In this document: positions 59,902 through 64,000 of the stretch, one piece after another
Layout: the number at the start of each line of letters is the position of its first letter
Position numbering within the stretch: position 1 is the first letter of the stretch
Assembly: GCA_965242865.1 (NCBI GenBank)
Contig: CBDETK010000013.1
Location: 2,336,001 to 2,400,000 of the forward strand
DNA: 64,000 nt
Direction: 5' to 3'
DNA from: Candidatus Latescibacterota bacterium
Lineage (GTDB): Bacteria > Latescibacterota > UBA2968 > UBA8231
The notes under the pieces: model-generated
The model's input: the letters and a program-made list of their open reading frames with translations, nothing else
The model's database searches: none
What the model was told of the DNA's origin: nothing
Translations under genes and position numbers: made by a program

Positions 59902-60990
59902 ATGCCGGCCAAATACCGCGTTGGCGTCATCGCCTCGGGCCGCATTGCCCGCGAGCACGGCCGCGGTTGGGCCGAGTGCGAGCACACCGAAATCGTCGCC
60001 TGTGCCGACTCCCACCCCGAAGCGTTGGCCAGCTACGCCGCGGATTTCGACGTCGCAAAGCAATACCTCAACTACCGAGAGATGCTCGACGTGGAAACCC
60101 TCGACATCGTCAGCGTCTGCTCTTGGGACCCTCAGCACGCGGAAATGTCCATTGCCGCCTGCTCCCGCCGGCCCCGAGCCGTGCTCTGCGAAAAGCCCAT
60201 GGCCGTCTCCTTGGGCGAAGCCGAGGCCATGGTCATCGCCGCCGAGCGCAACGACGTCAAGCTGGCCATCGGCCACCAGCGCCGCTTTTACTCTTCGTGG
60301 CGCGAGGCGCGGCGGATGATCGCCGACGGAGCCATCGGCAAACCGCAGCGGCTGTGGTCAGCGGTCAAAGCCGGAATGATGAACACCGGCACCCACTGCA
60401 TCGACTTCCAGCTCTACGCCCTCGGCGACCCGCAGGCCGAGTGGGTCATGGGCGCGGTAGAGCGGCACACGGACCACTTCGTCTTCGGGCACCGGGTCGA
60501 AGACCGCTGCGTGGGAATCATCGGCTACCCCGAAGGGGTCGAGGGCGTGATCGAAAACGAGATGAACGACATTTATCAGGTGGGGGCTACCATCTACGGC
60601 GAGGACGGCACCATGGTCGTCAGCGACAACAGCCTGCGCTATATGACGGCCCGTTCCGGCGACTGGCAGGACTTCGCGCCCACCGATGAGGCCAGCGGCT
60701 ACGGCAACGCCTTCGTCAATCAGGCTTATGGAATCTGCCGCTGGATCGAGGGCACCTTCGACGATTACTATGGCAAGGCCGAGCACGGCAAAGCCGCCAC
60801 CGAGATCATGATGGGCGTCTATGAGTCGGCTCGGCTACACGAGCGCGTGGCTCTGCCGCTGCAAACCCGAGACAACCCGCTCGACGTCGCCGTCGAGGAG
60901 GGCCGGATGCCCGTCACCCGACCCGGCCCTTGGGACGAGCGTTCCTTTCTGGTGCGCGGCGAGGGCATGAGCTGGGTCAGAGACCAATAG
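59902..60990 (+). CDS. Gfo/Idh/MocA family oxidoreductase
   Basis: LDIVSVC, H, CEKPMA, HQRRF, G.H..D. Confidence 0.93.
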   Translation: MPAKYRVGVIASGRIAREHGRGWAECEHTEIVACADSHPEALASYAADFDVAKQYLNYREMLDVETLDIVSVCSWDPQHAEMSIAACSRRPRAVLCEKPMAVSLGEAEAMVIAAERNDVKLAIGHQRRFYSSWREARRMIADGAIGKPQRLWSAVKAGMMNTGTHCIDFQLYALGDPQAEWVMGAVERHTDHFVFGHRVEDRCVGIIGYPEGVEGVIENEMNDIYQVGATIYGEDGTMVVSDNSLRYMTARSGDWQDFAPTDEASGYGNAFVNQAYGICRWIEGTFDDYYGKAEHGKAATEIMMGVYESARLHERVALPLQTRDNPLDVAVEEGRMPVTRPGPWDERSFLVRGEGMSWVRDQ

Positions 60991-60992
60991 TC

Positions 60993-61772
60993 GTGCAGCT
61001 CGGCCTCTTAGTTACCAATTTGCGCGAGCTTGAAGAGTCGGCCGACTGGGACTTTGACTACCTCGAAGGCTTTCCCGGGCTGCTGGGGATCGATGCCGAC
61101 GATCTCCAGACCGAGCGGGCGTGTCTAGCGCTTTTGGAAAAACACCCGTTGCAGATGAAGACGATGTGCGGCTTTATTCCCGATCCGCAGGGGCGCGGGC
61201 TGATGGTCGTCGGCCCCGACGCGAGCTTGGACCGGCTACGTGCCTTTGTGACGCGGGTCTTCGACCGCATGCAGCGGGCCGGAGTTGAGGTCATCGGCTA
61301 TGGGAGCGGTGGTTCGCGCTGGGTGCCGGCCGGTTTCGACCGCAACAGAGCGCGTCAACAGGTCGCCGACTTCTTGCACCTGTGCGCGGACCTCGGCGAA
61401 CCGCGGGGCGTCAAGGTCGCGCTCGAGCCGTACAATCGCGACGACGCCAACCTGCTCAATACCGTGTCCGAAGCGACCGAGTTCATAAAGGATGTCAACC
61501 GTTCCCACGCCAAGCTGATGGCCGACTTTTTCCACATCAAGCTCAACGGCGAATCCTTTGACGCGCTCAAAGAAGCCGGGCCGCACCTGATCCACGCCCA
61601 CCTGGCCGAACCGGGGCGCGGCCGGCCGCAAACCACGCCGGCCGACCACGCGCTCTTTCTACAGACGTTGCTAGCATCCGGCTACGACGGGCGAGTAACC
61701 CTGAGCGGTGCGCTGCCGGCATACCCCGACGACGGTGCGACCGCCATCGCCCTCAAGACAGCCCTCGCTTGA
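60993..61772 (+). CDS. Sugar phosphate isomerase/epimerase (xylose-isomerase-like TIM barrel)
   Basis: GSGG.R, ALEP.N, D.FH, HAH.AE..R. Confidence 0.88.
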   Translation: MQLGLLVTNLRELEESADWDFDYLEGFPGLLGIDADDLQTERACLALLEKHPLQMKTMCGFIPDPQGRGLMVVGPDASLDRLRAFVTRVFDRMQRAGVEVIGYGSGGSRWVPAGFDRNRARQQVADFLHLCADLGEPRGVKVALEPYNRDDANLLNTVSEATEFIKDVNRSHAKLMADFFHIKLNGESFDALKEAGPHLIHAHLAEPGRGRPQTTPADHALFLQTLLASGYDGRVTLSGALPAYPDDGATAIALKTALA

Positions 61773-62434
61773 AGGTCCCCTCGTTTGCTTACCGCCGCAT
61801 GGTCGATCTTTCGCGGCCCATCACGCCATCGGAAGGTCGCTTCATCCACTATCGCACGGCGCGCGTACCCGTTGACGACCCGCCGACCGACCGCTGGTAC
61901 ATCACCACCAGCATCGAGATGGGCGGTCACGCCGGCACCCATGTCGAGGGGCCGTTACACGCGGTACAAGGCGGCCCGGCCATCGCCGATCTCGATGTCG
62001 AGTGCTTTTTCGGCGAGGCCATCGTCTTCGACTTTTGCAATGCGCCGCTGGGCGAGCCGCTTTCGCCAGCGCAACTCCAACGGGCCGCTGACCCGGGTGG
62101 AGGCGTCCGCCCAGGGGACATCGCGCTCTTCCGCTTTGACTGGGATCAACGGGCGACCGCAGGAGCTTATCCGCCGTACCCTTCAACCGCGGCCTTGCGC
62201 TGGCTCGTCGAGGCCGGCGTCAAACTAGTCGGCATCGACACCCCCGGCTTAGACATTCCGGGCGACCGCAGCCTACCAAACCATCGCGTACTCTTCGCAC
62301 ACCGCATTCCCCTGATCGAAAGCCTAGACCGCTTGGGCGACCTGCGCCAACCTCGCGTCTATCTTTTCGCCCAGCCGCTGCCAGCGGCCGCAACCGACGC
62401 CATTCCGCTGCGCGTACTCGCCTTTGAAGGGTAG
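61769..62434 (+). CDS. Cyclase family (kynurenine formamidase-like) metal hydrolase
   Basis: DLS.PI, HAGTHVEGP.H, VGID, H..L....I.IE.L; alternative start 61799. Confidence 0.9.
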   Translation: MKVPSFAYRRMVDLSRPITPSEGRFIHYRTARVPVDDPPTDRWYITTSIEMGGHAGTHVEGPLHAVQGGPAIADLDVECFFGEAIVFDFCNAPLGEPLSPAQLQRAADPGGGVRPGDIALFRFDWDQRATAGAYPPYPSTAALRWLVEAGVKLVGIDTPGLDIPGDRSLPNHRVLFAHRIPLIESLDRLGDLRQPRVYLFAQPLPAAATDAIPLRVLAFEG

Positions 62435-62584
62435 ATAAGGCCCGCGCCGGAGGTTCCCGCCGTTGGCAGCTATCCGATGCTGTGCGTGCGAATCGAGCCG
62501 GTTTCGTTGACAAGGGTACAGACGATTTCGACCTTAAAAACGTAGGAGACGAGGGCATAAGCAGACCCCGCCTTGGAGACCCTG

Positions 62585-63340
62585 ATGACCGTCATTCACA
62601 CAACCGACGATCTGATCCACCTGCTGAACGAAAACGACGAGTTCCGCCAAGCCGTCCGCCGCCACGTTCTCAGCGACGAGCTGCTTCAGCTACCCGAGCG
62701 GTTTGCCAAGTTCGAGACGCGCGTCGAGAGCTTTATTGACGAGCAGCGGCAGTTCAATGAGGAGCAGCGGCAGATTAATGAGCGGGTGGATCGGCGTTTC
62801 GACAGCATCGACAAGACCCTTGACGAGCAGCGGCAGTTTAATGACGAGCAGCGGCAGTTTAACAAGGATCAGCGGCAGTTTAACCAGCGAATGGAGACTG
62901 CTATCGGCGAATTGCGCGGCAAAGTAGCCCGACAGGTGGTCGGCGCACACTTCCTAGAGATCTGCGACGGCATGGGCTTCCAGTTTAAGGGGCTCTTGAT
63001 GAGGCGGGACCTCGGCCAGTTGATTTTCCAACGCAAACCCGCCGAGACCGCCGACATTCCCCAAAACCACCGGCGCAGCTTTGTTCGCGCCGATCTGGTC
63101 ATCGAGGTCACGGACTCCGCGGGGGCTATCCACTATATCGCGGTCGAGGCTTCCTACACGGCCGACCAACGCGATACGAGCCGCGCCCAGCGCAACGCCG
63201 CCCTACTCACTCGGTTCACGGGGCATCCCGCCCACGCCGCCATTGCCAGCGTCCGCAACGTCCGCGAAATCCAGCCGCTGATCGACAACGGCGCGGTGTA
63301 CTGGTACGCCCTCGACCCCAGCGACTTCACTCCCGAGTAG
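62585..63340 (+). CDS. Coiled-coil heptad-repeat protein with C-terminal PD-(D/E)XK-like domain (paralog of 15136-15945)
   Basis: EQRQFN(E/D) heptads; RADLVIE...YIAVEASYTA..RDT.RAQRNAA. Confidence 0.75.
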   Translation: MTVIHTTDDLIHLLNENDEFRQAVRRHVLSDELLQLPERFAKFETRVESFIDEQRQFNEEQRQINERVDRRFDSIDKTLDEQRQFNDEQRQFNKDQRQFNQRMETAIGELRGKVARQVVGAHFLEICDGMGFQFKGLLMRRDLGQLIFQRKPAETADIPQNHRRSFVRADLVIEVTDSAGAIHYIAVEASYTADQRDTSRAQRNAALLTRFTGHPAHAAIASVRNVREIQPLIDNGAVYWYALDPSDFTPE

Positions 63341-63408
63341 GCCCCGGCCCGCTGCGTCTGGGCTTGAGTGCTGGTCGCAAACTCGCGCAACAAATCGCGT
63401 CTTGGGGA

Positions 63409-64000
63409 TCAGAAGTCATTCCGCACCCTCTCCGGCAATCCCGATCGAAGGGAAGCCCAACACGCAAGCCCGGTGGCGACCACCCTAGCCCCCTCGCGGA
63501 CCCCAACCCAAGGCTTTGTGCCGTTCAGGACGCAATCGGCCATGTGCCGCATCATGACGATCATCTCGCTAGCGTGGCCCCGCATGGATGAAAATTCGGC
63601 GGCTATCGTGTGCGCCGGCAGGTCGCCGGTTGGATCGAGGCTCTTTATTCCGTTGAGAATGGTGCCACGGGTCCCATAAACGGTCAGGCTATTCGTCGGG
63701 ATGTCGTGCGGGTGTACGACGCCGAGGAAGTTTGCGATGCGTCCGATCTTGCCAGATGTAAACTTCACATTGATGACGAAGTTGTCCTCTTGGGGATACT
63801 CTGGGGCGACGCCGCTGCGTAGCCCGTAACAGTGGACTTCGTCGATGTCGCCCATGAACCAGCGCAGCAGATCGATGGGGTGGCAGGCACCGCCCAAGAT
63901 CAGGTCTTGCGGCATCTCGACTCGCCAAGGGGAGTATTCGTAAACCGGGCGGAGGTCGTGAACGTAGTGGGCCTCGGCCATGAAGAGGTCGCCGATTTCT
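63409..64000 (-). CDS. Gfo/Idh/MocA family oxidoreductase, C-terminal part (truncated by window edge)
   Basis: GACHPIDLLRWF.G, EDN, YGT.G, EG..VV. Confidence 0.85.
   Translation of the reverse strand, partial: EIGDLFMAEAHYVHDLRPVYEYSPWRVEMPQDLILGGACHPIDLLRWFMGDIDEVHCYGLRSGVAPEYPQEDNFVINVKFTSGKIGRIANFLGVVHPHDIPTNSLTVYGTRGTILNGIKSLDPTGDLPAHTIAAEFSSMRGHASEMIVMMRHMADCVLNGTKPWVGVREGARVVATGLACWASLRSGLPERVRNDF

Noticed and set aside
1-64000. Prophage, integrase, transposase, reverse transcriptase, tRNA or rRNA
   Set aside because: No diagnostic motifs seen in the ORF track or intergenic DNA

Overview
GC-rich bacterial chromosomal window with no rRNA, tRNA or CRISPR array recognised. Gene content (FlgD-Ig/T9SS-like C-terminal domains, a WGxIK tail, ASPIC/UnbV, an internalin-like LRR lipoprotein, sulfatase, many TA genes) suggests an FCB-group organism, probably Latescibacterota-like and host- or sponge-associated; this is inference. 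Main contents: nadB, an M6 metalloprotease, two GT39-type glycosyltransferases, a HigA-fused type IIG restriction-modification enzyme, the Hen1-Pnkp RNA repair operon (Pnkp carries a GQGYNQ x8 insert), an MlrC peptidase and a small catabolic cluster. The best candidate for an undescribed system is a 15.4-kb co-oriented locus (20974-36414). It encodes three paralogous secreted proteins with FTPNGDGxxD/FlgD tails, two paralogous ~930-aa probable outer-membrane barrels and a lipoprotein parvulin foldase. The second candidate is a recurring dyad motif plus homopolymer tract at the 5' end of accessory envelope genes: one copy frameshifts an arylsulfotransferase-like gene, and two copies flank Hen1-Pnkp in inverted orientation. 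All family assignments come from motif recognition by eye, not database searches.
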